Source: Lama glama
Taxonomy: Eukaryota
Direction: 5' to 3'
DNA: 64,000 nucleotides
NCBI GenBank assembly: GCA_028534125.1
Contig: CM052817.1
Span: forward strand, 6,078,001-6,142,000
Part shown: positions 24,911-36,803 of the stretch, one piece after another
Layout of the letters: each line of letters starts with the position of its first letter
How positions within the stretch are numbered: the first letter of the stretch is position 1
Notes under the pieces: generated by a model
Databases searched by the model: none
What the model was told of the DNA's origin: nothing
What the model saw: only the letters and a program-made list of their open reading frames with translations
Translations under genes and position numbers: made by a program

Positions 24911-25759
24911 ACTGAAGTGATACATTTTTAATCTGGCATATGGATACAGGTATGGATGGCTCTAACTTTCCCCTTTCCCCTTTCTCAAAGGGGACTTTCA
25001 GCCACAAATGACCTACTTTCTGTTTTCTAGGTTTAGAAACAGGACCACCACTGAAATCAGTGTTTCCCAGTCTTCCAGCACCTTAAGATTTAAGGAAAAA
25101 CAATGACAACAATAAACAACCCCACATCTTACATGCTTCATGAGCTGGAACCTTACAACTGCCAAGGAGACTTTCCTAAATTCCCGGGCTTACACAATTA
25201 TGAACACCTCTAGTTCTCGACCCCTGAATATGTTTAATCATTTCAGTTTATGAATTATCTTGCCATCACATGCAGATTCAATTGTGACATCAACTTGAGA
25301 ATGAAATATTGTCCTTCCTTTAGCTTACACTCATGTGCACACACACAGCTGTTGTGTGTCTAGTGGACTTTACACCATAGTCTGAGTATAGTTAGATAGG
25401 AGGACTAGCATTACCTACCTCATGTCAATGAAAGTTTCAACTAAAGTATTAGACATCTTTTCTCTTAAACACTTTCTGGCCACCCAGCCATAGGTGATCT
25501 CTTACTGGATGGTTCACAGCTCCTAGTCCTCTGCCCTCAATCTATGAGGCTACCCATTCATTTCTTCTCATGCTAGGGCGGGGCGGCACGGACAGGGAAG
25601 TGGGTGGGGTTAGCCACATCCTTTGTGTCTCACCTCCTGCTAACACCCAGTCCTAGACATTCTTTTTAACTTCAAATAGCTTATCAATATTACTTCAAAA
25701 GAAGATAGCTTCTTCCTAAAAGAAACTCTCATTCATGTGTTAAGATAATACATTACTAT

Positions 25760-26041
25760 AATTTTTTATTGAAGTACACTCAGATACAATGTGTCAATTT
25801 CTGGTGTACAGCATAATGTCCCAGTCATGCATATAAATACATATATTTGTTTTCATATTTGTTTTTATTAAAGATTATTACAAGATATTGAATATAGTTC
25901 CTCGTGCTATACAGAAGAAATTTGTTTTTTATCTATTTTTATATGTAGTGGTTGACATTTGCAAATCTCAAACTTCCAAATTTACCCCTTCCCACCCCTT
26001 TCTACTCATCTACAAAACAGAAACAGACTCACAGACATAGT
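25760..26041 (-). mobile_element. Short LINE-1 3' end with 5' inversion and TSD
   Basis: Antisense 3'UTR at 25762-26002 plus a sense piece at 26004-26040. TSD AAGATAATACATTACT (25742-25757) / AAGACAATACATTATT (26043-26058). Confidence 0.85.
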
Positions 26042-26405
26042 AAAGACAATACATTATTGTTCTCTTTTAAAGAGATCTGAAGATTTCAGTTCAAGTTAAA
26101 GGTTTCTAATATTTGAGTTTAACATTCAGTTTACAGATATTTATTGAGAACTTCTCATGAGCTTGACAGCATTTCGTTGCCAAGGGCATAATAATTGTGT
26201 GCAAAACCCAGCAAGAATTCTGTCCTCCTGAAGTGTAGATTCTCCATATTTAGGAGTGTCATTTACTGTTCATGTGTAATTACAAAAAAAGAAGACTTTG
26301 CAGAGAGGAATTCAGTCTTATGATATCACATCACATGAGAATCTGACCCAGACTGGAGATCCAGAAAGGCACCCACAGGAAGTGAGGGTGGAGGCAATTT
26401 TGAAG

Positions 26406-27238
26406 CAGTGGTGTGCAGCTAAAGGGCTGACAACTGGCTCTCTGGAAGAGGAGAGGAAGAGCCCGGTTGTGTAGCATTCACAAGTTTCCATGGTGTAAAT
26501 GATCTCTGTATGTCTGCTTTCAGGTTCTCGATGTGATACATCTGAATGTGGAGTTGGAAAGACCAGTGCAGTAACTGTCATCATACAGGTCATTTCTTAA
26601 GGTCATGTCTATCACATAGAATGACCTTAAGAACACAGATACTGTGTGATATTACTTATGTGTGAAATTTAAAAAAAGCTAAACTCATAAGAACAGAGTT
26701 GAATAGTGGTTGCCAGGGACTGGGGGTGGAGGAAATGGGGAGATGTTGTTCAAAGGGTACAAATTTCCAGTTTTAAGATGACTAAGTTCTGGGGAATCTA
26801 ATGTGCTGCGTGGTGATAATAACGATACTGTATTATATACCTGAAAATTGCTAAGAGAGCTGATCTTAAATGTTCTCATCACAAAAAAGGAATGGTAATT
26901 ATGTGACATGGTGAAGATACTAGCTAACACTCTGGTCGTAATCACATACAATATGTGTATCAAATCAACAGGTTGTGCACCTTAAACTTACACAATGTAA
27001 TATGCCAATTAAATCTCAATAAATCTAGGAAAAAAGGACATAGACATTGAGCAGTATAGTAAAAGAATCAGGAAATGATGAATTTTGAGTATTTATTACC
27101 TTTGTTTTAATATAATTTATTCATAAGTTTACGTAATTTAAAAAAAATAATTCTGTTTAACAACCAGAAGGAACCAATCCTGGAAATGTAGTAGTCAACT
27201 CTTGCGGGTCCATGCAAGCTATATCCAACACAGCACTG
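26406..27238 (-). mobile_element. MER63 hAT-Blackjack element, split by an L1 insertion
   Basis: cagtggtgtgc... and ...cagcactg termini. 'tgaatgtggagttggaaaga' and 'gatgaattttgagtatttattacctttgttttaatataattta' match recalled antisense MER63. Confidence 0.75.
26642..27033 (+). mobile_element. L1MA-type 3'UTR fragment inserted in MER63
   Basis: 'gtggttgccagggactggggg...aaagggtacaaatttccag...atctcaataaa'. Degenerate TSD AAGAACACAGATA (26629) / AAGGACATAGACA (27034). Confidence 0.85.
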
Positions 27239-28334
27239 AAGTTTGAGTGAATTTAACTAAACATGGGGAGTACACAGAGGTAGCAGTATGTGCAAAGGCC
27301 CTGTGGTGAGACTGAGCTTGGGGAGATCACTAAGGCTTTTTGCTCCTCATCCTAATAGCAAGTGTAGCCCCCACAGGTTTACAAGCTATACTTGGGGAAT
27401 ACCAGTTGTGGGAGGAGTGGGTTTGCAGGGTGTGGGGGTTGCCATTGTCACTGGAAGGATTTTGGCTGAAGTTAGATAAACACCCAGAGAGAAGGATTCA
27501 AACTCTGAGTGGGGACTATATGCCCTTTAAATCCCTTTCAACTCTGAAATGCCAAGACTATCACAGAACAACTGAAGTTTTTTGAGGACTGATAGAAGAG
27601 GTGAGAACTGATGAATTAAGAACCTGGAAATGGTATCTCCCACGTTTTAAGTATATATATATAAATATGCCAGCAACTTTAGGCAAAAAAAAAAGGACCT
27701 TATCTTTAAAATAAATAGCCACTGGAAGCAGAGTGAGTCAGGTGTTTTCCCTTTCTCTCCCTGCCTCTTCATGGGCTCCTATTTTTGAAACATCACTTCC
27801 TTGAAGTGTCAGGCAGTTGTATCTGTTAATAGCTTTTTGCCAACATGATCCTAAAAAGGGTAATGCGAGTTATTTATGGCATCCCCTCTTGGTGGGAGTG
27901 AGTAGGGCAGTCAATACTGCAACATTTCATTTTAGGAAATTCCTTGTGCAAGAGATTTCAGAAGCACAACCCAAGATTCAGAAAAACTGATGAGTAGCCG
28001 AAAAAAAAATCTGCAAGAGGTTTCCCTTTTATTTATGGCTGTGGCTAAGTCCATGTCTTCTGTGAACACCCCCCTGTTCCTCCCTCCAGGTTTTAGCCAC
28101 AGCTTCCATCTCCAGGTTCCTCTCCAGCATCTGCTCTACCCACCCCACCCCCGCCCCTTTCCATGACAGGAGCCCTGAAACCAGCACATTCCCTGTGTCT
28201 GCCTCTGCACCCTGTCCCACAGCACCCCTCCCACCCGCCCTGGGCACCATGCCCTTCAAGCCACTGCCACGCTGCACTCCAGACAATATCCCACCTTCTC
28301 TGCTTTACTGTCCAGAGTCAGTCTTGGCTGGGGG

Positions 28335-28560
28335 TAGCCTGAAGAAGAACTGCTTGGAAGACAATCAAATTCTTGCCTCATTCTGTATTAATTATGTGAT
28401 ACTAGATAAGTTAGGGAACTTCTCAGCGCCTTAGTTTTCTTATCCATAAAATGAGGAATAGAATATTCATTTCCTCCCCCACAGGCTAGGTATAGAGGAA
28501 ATGGGTATATCAAAATTCCTAGCCCAATCAATGAATGATAACATGTCACCTTCTATGATT
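28335..28560 (+). mobile_element. MIR SINE fossil
   Basis: Core 'tatgtgatactagataagttagggaacttctcagcgccttagttttcttatccataaaatgagg'. Confidence 0.65.
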
Positions 28561-29019
28561 ATTATTTTTATCTGCTGCCTTCCCTGTTCTGCATTTATGT
28601 GTTTTCCAAAGACCCATTAATGTGCTCATCCATTCAAGGTGTCTGCTTTGTGCCAGGTGCTATGCTGTCCCTTGCTGGTCCCATAATTCATAGGGTTTAT
28701 TTATCTGATGCCTGTTGTATTTTATCCAGAGATGTTTTTTATCACTTTTCAGAAAATATTAGCCCTATGTTACTGCCAAGTTAACAGACCTACCAGAGAA
28801 TGAACGGAGGAGACCGTGGACCCAGAGAGCTGATGTTCCTGTGTGTCCACCCCGTATCTGTGCCCTTCTCTTAAGCAGTCACTTCTGGATGCATGTTGCC
28901 TGTTACTTCCTTAAAGTGCATTTTAAAAGTTAAGTCTATGGCTTTTTACAACGATCCCATTAGGCAAACATACTCTTCTCATTTTTCTTTTCAGGAGTGC
29001 TAATAAGGAAAGGAGACAG

Positions 29020-29240
29020 ACTACTACTCAACGAGCATCCACCATATGCCTGCACCACACTGGGATTCTCCAGGCATTATCTCATTTCCTCCCAACAACA
29101 ACCATGTGGAGAGACATCCTTCACCTGGTTTTGTCATTGAGTTAGAGAAACTTGAGAGTGATTAAGGATATTGCCCCCAATTCCATGACTTGCAAAGCTT
29201 GAACCTGGGCTGCCTGACGCCAAAGCCTGGCCATCTTCCC
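29020..29240 (-). mobile_element. MIR SINE fossil
   Basis: 'gcattatctcatttcctcccaacaacaaccatgtg...ttgaacctgggctgcctgacgccaaagcctg'. Confidence 0.6.
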
Positions 29241-30329
29241 ACCTGCAATGCTATCAGTCTACCAATAATCTTACAGTTCTACCATTCTGAATTTGAACCA
29301 GTTCTTACCACCTCTCTGAACATGACAGCAAAAGCAAAAACATTGTTCCATCAGCTGAGGGACTCCTGACATCCCTCAGCTCAGAGGGAAACCTCTTCTT
29401 TATTCCAGCTCTCTACCATGGGGGCCAGTTTTTTGACAATTCTTTTCATAGTCGAGGGAAGCTTAGCCAAAGGAAAGTTTAATGGACTTACCATGGACGG
29501 CACCGAGATTTAGCCAGAGACACAGCTAAACAACTTGCAACTGCATTCACCCTGAGTCTTCTAGATTACGGCCAAATCCCAGCTGCCATAACAAACAGAA
29601 GCACCGGATTTTCTCCACCATCAAAATGTTTTGTGTCAGTGCTTGTTTGGAAATCTCTTCCCTTTCTGGACCCCAATGTGAGGATCTTGCTCTGTAAGTA
29701 TCTTGGTCTGTCTGATGGGTGCAGTGGTCAAGGGGAACCAAATCAGGTTGAAGTCCCTGGTAGTTACTCACAAGGACACGCAGTTGCTGGCAGGAGCCCG
29801 GAGTCTGCTGACTCTGGGACAAAGCAGGTGAGCAGAGCTGAGGAGTGGCCACAAGCCCGACTCACACCTGCTGTTGACATCAAACAGTTGCCTGTCCCCA
29901 TGGCTCTCTTTCCTTATGTTCCAAAGGCTAAGCTCAGGGAACTTGTCTCTCCCTCCCCTAGATCAGGAATCTTCCTTCCTAGAGTAAAGTAGGGAATGCG
30001 CCATTTCTTTTCTTTCCCTAATTGTCAGGATTCTATGTAAAATCTGGATGCTGATCTTTTGTTATGTACGTTTTCAAATATCTTCTCCCAGGATGAGGCT
30101 TGCCTTCTGGGTCATGGAATCTTTTGATCAACAGAGGTTCATCTTCCATTTCATATTGATTAGTGGTAGATGCCTGGAGCATCACTTTACAAAGGGTTTT
30201 GGGACCATGGGCAGCTCAGTTGGAAAGCGCACCATGATCTATTAAGGATGTCTGACAATCATGCAGGCCCCCAGGACTGTCATTTTTATACCCTGGACTA
30301 AGCTACCAAACAGTCAAATGGATTTCAGT

Positions 30330-30760
30330 TCATGCTTCTATCAATGTACCCACTGCATGGAACTCTGGGGACAGGTGAATGGAAAGACAAATATTCACGG
30401 AAGGAGCAGGGGTTGTACAGACTGTCAGTAGATAGTAGAAACACACATTCTCTTTCTCAAGGAGACAGGCAGATTTCACCCTCTTCGAGGAAGTGGCATG
30501 TGCTCTAGTTTTGAAGGTTGAATAGAAGTTTACCAAGCAGGGAAAAGAACATCTCAAGACATGTAAATGGGGAGTGGGGTGAACAGAATGGTGTGTTCAG
30601 GGAAGTCCGAGCAGTTTGGTGGTTGGTCCTGTGTCATCACGTGTGTAGCAGGAGATGGTGAGAGATGAGGCTGGGTAGAGGTCAGGGGTTCATGTCATCA
30701 TCATGGACACACTCTATGTGTTAAGAAGTTGAGACTTTATTCAGCAGGTTGTAGGGTGTC
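30330..30760 (-). mobile_element. L2 LINE fossil
   Basis: 'ggaagtggcatgtgctctagttttgaaggttgaatagaagtt...ggagatggtgagagatgaggctgg...taagaagttgagactttattc'. Confidence 0.55.
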
Positions 30761-31689
30761 ATTTCCTGGTGCATATTTTAGTTAGCAGCCGGGTAAAACT
30801 GTATAAAGCAATAAAATAAGGCTTGAGTGAAAGAATAAGAGACACATGAAAACAGGCCATTCCTACCAGTTAGCAGGTGGTAAGACGGGAGCATCAGCTA
30901 GGTCTTACGTCAGGGAGGTGGCCTCAAGCTTCATATCTGGTTTTAGCAGAAACTTCTACCTGAGGATAGAAAGGAAGCCATGGAAGAGAAAGTTAAGGGC
31001 CTAGTCTTTGAAAAATTGCAGCTAATGAGAGTAAAGGACAATTAATAGGGACGTGGACCCAGGGGTTGGGTAGAAATCTAGTTATCAACCTTGGAGGACA
31101 GAGAGCCAGAAAGAGACGAGGGCTTGGGACTGGTACTGTGCTGTCATGTGGACAGCTGGGCTTGTGGGTGACAAGGAGGCTGTATTTCCAGAGCCCATGC
31201 AGAAGGTCAGAAGCTACCAGAGCAAAGCTGACTTGACACTCAGAACTTTCAGCTCATGTGTTGCCTGTAGCCTTGGCAGAGCAGAGGGGCACAGGCTTAT
31301 CACATCAGAGGCCTGGGTCTAAATCCCCTCCAGTGTCTACAAGATCTTGAACAAAGCTGGCTCTCCCGTGAGAGGCAGAGCATCCCTCACATGCCAAACA
31401 AGATCAGTGCAGTGGTGAACAAAGACGGCAGGACCATCCTCCTTGCTGCAGGGAGGGCACTCAGGCTTCTCTTGTCAGTTCTGCTGGCTTCCTGCCCTCT
31501 GCCTCTTCCTCCTCCCCACAGCCAGCCCTTCTAGGATTGAAGCAGGAAGGAGGGATGTGGGCACTTCCAGAACCACTTCTAGACACACCGATCTTGTGAG
31601 CCAGGCTCTGAGCTCCGGTTTTGATGAACCCAGTGTCAGTTTGACATCCCCTGTGTATGCTTCAGTTCTCACCAGAAAGGGCTTAAATG

Positions 31690-31860
31690 TGGCCCAGCTG
31701 AGTGACCTTGGTCACACGTAGGAATTCTCTGAGCTCCCACTTCTCATCTGCAAAGCAGAGAGAATAATCTCACCTCCTTGGAGTTGATAGGAGGTTTTCT
31801 TAGGCGTGTTGGTGAAATGCCCACACTACACATTAAACATCTTTGCCAAGTGCTCCACAT
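31690..31860 (+). mobile_element. MIR SINE fossil
   Basis: 'agctgagtgaccttggtcac...ttctctgagctcccacttctcatctgcaaagc'. Confidence 0.6.
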
Positions 31861-32343
31861 GTGTGACGGTCACCATGACAGTCATGACAGTGATCACGGT
31901 GTGTGACAGCCTCTTGTGCCCTGTGTCACACCTTAGTGGTCTTACCAGGCCACTTGCTCCAGAGAGAGAAGAGCAGGTGTGTGGGTTTGAGAAGGAGCAG
32001 GGCACCAACATATAAATAGAGTGTGAGGCAGAACAGAAGGAGAAACCCAGCTAGAGAGAGACAGACGCCAAATCAGGTAGGTTTTAATTTAAATATTCAG
32101 TGGCTTCTTTGTGGCTTCAGGAGAAAGGCAATTATATGGCTATTATACAAAGATAGTACGTAAAGGAAGAGTATGCAAATAAAGGGCCTATTACAGGGAC
32201 TTTGGACCAGCCCAGTAACCCATTTCATGACATCTGAGACCTTCCATGTTTGGGCAGGAAGGATAGAAGGTCCTTTCCCCTTCTCCAGGGTTGTCTTTCT
32301 TTACCTTTCTCTTTGTCTCTGTAGAGATCGTCAAGTTTTCACT

Positions 32344-32848
32344 TGTCGACTGAAATAAAACACACAACCTAAAAGCTGAGATTTATGTTTTATTCGGTGG
32401 ACATTTCTGAGGACTTTAGTGCTGGATGACAGCCTCTCAGATCGCTCTGAGGGACTGCGCCAAAGTGGCAAGGCAGAAACCAGTATATAAGTTTTTGTAA
32501 TAAAGACCAGGTAGTCAGAATACCAAAAGATCATTGTTAGAAAAAGATCAGGTAGCTCAAGTTAAGGAATTTAGCACTTTTCTATGTATGGGAAGGTGCA
32601 AAGGTCTGGGCTCATTGAAATCATTCCTTCGATATGCACCTAGTTATGTCGGGCCAGTATCTTGTTCTTTCCCATCCTGAGTTCCCTCAGGGGGCAACGT
32701 TGGGGGTGGCTGCAGACACAGGGCTGCCTGCTGGTCTGCATCCTGTGTTCCCACCTTTCACTGTTGGGGGTAGCAGGTAATGGCTGATGATTTGATGGCC
32801 ACAGCATTCTTTGTTTACTGATGAGGCTCACTGTATTTTTTGTTCACA
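32344..32848 (-). mobile_element. ERV1 solo LTR, MER41-like (cetartiodactyl MER41_BT-related)
   Basis: TG...CA termini. Minus-strand AATAAA (plus 'ttttattcgg') and TATA (plus 'gtatataag'). 'caagttaaggaatttagcacttttctatgtatgggaaggtgcaaaggtctgggctcattgaaatcattcc' is characteristic of MER41. Confidence 0.8.
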
Positions 32849-35800
32849 CATATACTGATTTTTATTGTAATTTTCTGTTCATCTGTCTTGCCCACCAGAC
32901 AATGAACGTTTTGGAGGTGAGGACTATGTGTATATCTCACCTTTGTTATCCAGCAAAGATGGGCAACGTGAGTCTTTTGTGTTTGTGAAAAGAATCAAAG
33001 TTGACTGCAGTGAAACCTCTCCAATACAGGATTCGTGAACGGTTTTCAAAGAACACACATGAAAATGTAGTTTCTCATAAAAGGGATAAACACAAAAGGG
33101 TCAAACAAACCGAAATTGTGTGCAGCAAGGAGAAATACACAATGTGTCATCAACAGTACGGGTTGGCTGCGTAAGAAAGCCTTCTAACCACAATATATGA
33201 GCAGAAGAATTGAAGCAGGAGCCAAGGAGACCCCTCAAGGAGTAATGGAGACCACCAGAGAGACAGCACTGCCCGAGGCTAAGTTACTGAGCCTCTATTT
33301 TTAAAACTGCCTTTGAAAAGAAGCTTGAATGAAAGAAAAAGAATGTGTGCAATTAGAATGTATTTTTCTTTTGTGTTCTTATCTGCTTCTCTCACAAGCT
33401 ATTTTTGGGAAATTTGCATTAACTTTCTAACAAAATGCCAATTAAAGCAACTTTTAATAGGCTGTGTTTAAAAGACCAAATCCAAAGAGAAAAGCGTGTT
33501 TATATCTGCACGTCAGTATAGAAACCAAATTCTTAATCCTACTTGGGTAATAACTGAAATTCTCAGTTGTTTTCACCTGAGAAAGCAACATATTAAATGG
33601 AAAAGCAAACTGTCCAAGTAGTGATAGAGAATGCATGAATCTGGGGCTGGGCTGGCTTTCTCCCATTGTTTTCTTCTATCTTTCCTTTTTGCCCCCAACC
33701 AGTTCCTCTCTTAAAGGTAACTTGTTTTTCAGATAATGTCAGATGACATCCCAGCATTCATGTTTATAATCTAAACTGACAGTACACTCGAGTCTGTGTT
33801 GACAGTCTGAATGTTTTACATGACATCAGCATTCACCTGTTTCTGGGAAAGTGAATTAAGCCACAGCACAGTATTTACGTTTGGATTGCAGGTGCTCTGG
33901 GCAGAGTTCCAGTTACACTCATGACTCTTGTTGGAAAACAACTTCAAAGTGGAACCAAAAATTTAATTTGGTCCAACATGCACCTTTCCAGACTGACCGG
34001 ATTCCAACTCTTATAACTCCATATTTTGGAGCTCTCTGTTCTCTCTGCATTCTGTTCCTCTTCCCTTTCCTGACTGTTTAATTTCTGTCCATTCACTGAG
34101 TCTCCTTCAGGCCTCACCCCTCAGAGTCCCCATAGAACCTGTGCTAACCTCGTTTGTAGCCTTTATCCCACTAACTTGTCACTATAAGCAATTGTCACAC
34201 TCTCTCCATCGTTGATGTAAGTTGAGAGCAGTTTTACTGATTGATTGATTTTATTGATTACAATATCCTTTCTAATAGAGGGACTGATTGATGCCCCAAG
34301 TATTCAGTGTATTCCTGTAAAATAAAGAAAAAAAAATAAAAATAAGAGTGGAGAGAGATAGCTGGATAGACACCTACATGCAGAGTTTATAAATATATAT
34401 GGACGATGGATACAGATAAGACAACAGAAGGTGAGACAGACAGACTGATGGATACACAGGTGGATAACAGAGGTGGAACCAAGAGGAGGAATGATGCAAT
34501 GATGAAGGCCAATGCCGTTCTCTTAGCTCATCATGTTTTCATTCTTCATAACCTTTCTATTTAATTCTTAGGACAAGTCTAAGGACAGTCCGTCTTACTT
34601 ATTTTGAAATGGTTGGTTCCCTTCTCTATTCTGTGCCTGAAAATGTAGAAAGTAAACCAGTTTTTTGTTGTTGTTGAATTTCATCAGCACTCAATTTTGC
34701 AAAGTCACCTACAACTGATGTGGTTTCCTTTGAACTCTTATTAAAAATGTTTTTGCCAATTATATCTGATAAGACAAGTAAGTGTTTATGTGATAGGAAT
34801 CCATTCACTGTACAAATAAGAAGAGTGGCATCCGTGGGAGTCACCTTTAGTCACAGTCAGGAAGAAAGGGGTGGCTGCCCCTTTGCCTTGATGCCTTTTC
34901 TGCTAAGTGAAATCAAACTGACGGATAAAAGATGCTGCCAGGAGGAAGTTCTCTGACACCCTGCCTCTGCTTGTATATTGTATGATTAGTGTGAAGGACT
35001 CATTACTCTCATATTTGACTTCTATAGAGAACTCTGGGGTAGTCACATTTGATAGGAAAAATTTCCAGCCCGAAACACTGAACACAACATCCTGAGCCAG
35101 AAGGAAGTCCTGTTTTCTTTGGGAGGGAAATGTGGGGTTTTGAGGGAAGGCTAATGTGGAGAATCTGTTTCTCCTCTCACAGTGGCCACACTGGTCATCA
35201 GATGAAGTTCAGACTTGGGCAACAAGATAGACCCCAGGATGAGCGAGGTGACCCTGAGGTTAGTGTAGCTTAAGACTCTCCAGTTGTGGGCAAGCTATTC
35301 TTAGCCCCTGGGAAGTGACGGATGAGGCTGGCATTGTCACAGAATTTCCTTCAGAGTAATTATTTGGATGCTCATAAGAATCCTGTAAAGGAAACTAAAT
35401 ATTTAAACTATTTGTCTTAGCTTAAAAACTTTGAATTTGATTTTGTGACCATTTTTTGGGAGGCCCAATGTCATCAAAATTGAACTGAGGAATGCAGTTC
35501 TCACATTCTCCTAAGCTTCCTCCTGTGTCTCAGTTGACCCAATGTTCCTGTACTTTCTCTCCTAACCTGAACACAGTTTTCAACATATTATTACTAGTTT
35601 TTGCAGAGAAATTATTAGTTTATCCATTGTAAACAATTCCTTAGGACTTGCTAGGAATTGTTCATAAACTCCGGGTTAAGTAACATAACTGTAAATATTT
35701 ATGCTAGTGTATGTTGATATAAAAAAGGAGTATAAAATATTAATGAAAACACTCCCAGACTTTACCTTTCTCATGGGAAAGTTATCTCACTTCTCGTCAT

Positions 35801-36522
35801 CTCAGGTTCCATATCCACCACTCTTAGAAAGAGTCAGAAGATAATCTGAGGAAAGCATGTATCAGAGTGCCTGCCTTACAGGAGATGCTCAAAGATGTCT
35901 GCCGCCATTATGATAAAATGGCCTGAACTGCCTCTTACCTGCCCCAGGATCAGTGGTGGGTATGCTCTTGCTGCTTTGGTGTTTCTTTGGTTTCCTGTGT
36001 CTCACCTGGTCAAATATACTTTAAAAAGATCTAAAAATCATCAGTGCTCATATTACTCATAGAACAGGAAGACATCTGAGACTGGAAACATGAGCCACGT
36101 ATCATGCATTTGGTATAGTGTCCTCTTTCAACCCTTTGATTGACAGAGGGTCAAAGCCTCACAGCCCAAGTTTGCCAACACTGCAACCAAGACCACCTAT
36201 GATCCAATCCTTCAGCTTCAGTACTCACTGCTTCTCTAGGAAGATGGCTGCTCCAACATGCCTGGTTACCTGTTCATTTACTCTTTGATTCCAGGAGCCT
36301 TCAGCCAGAAGGCTCGCAGAAGCAAGGCATGGGTCTTCTGCATTTTCCGTTTTAAATTCAGAACCTTTGTGATGGTCTGTGAGACTGCAGAACCTGGCCT
36401 CATCTGTCCTTTGGGTCTTACCTCCCAGATTTCTCCTTCTCCTCTTCACTTGCTCTTCTCCAGCTGTACAGACCTCCTAACTTTCCTCAGACTCAAGAAT
36501 CCTCTACCTCAGGGTCTCTTAA

Positions 36523-36803
36523 ATTTTTTTTTAATTATGCAATTTTAAAGTTTACTTTCCATTTACAGTTATCACAGACATTGACTCTATGCTTCGTGTT
36601 GGACAATACATCCTTGAATTTTATCTTACACCTAATAGTTTGTGCCTCTCACTCTCCCCACTTCTATTGTCCCAATCCCCTCTCCCTACTGGTGACCAGT
36701 AGTTTGTTCTTATCTGTGAATCTTCCTCTTTTTTGTCATATTCACTAGTTTGTTGTATTTTTAAGATTCCACATAAAAGTGATATTATTACCATATTTGT
36801 CTT
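36523..36803 (-). mobile_element. Short L1 3'UTR fragment inserted in an L2 fossil
   Basis: Same type as 24444-24910 ('cctctccctactggtgaccagtagtttgttcttatctgtgaatc...agattccacataaaagtgata'). L2-like text lies on both sides. Confidence 0.75.
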
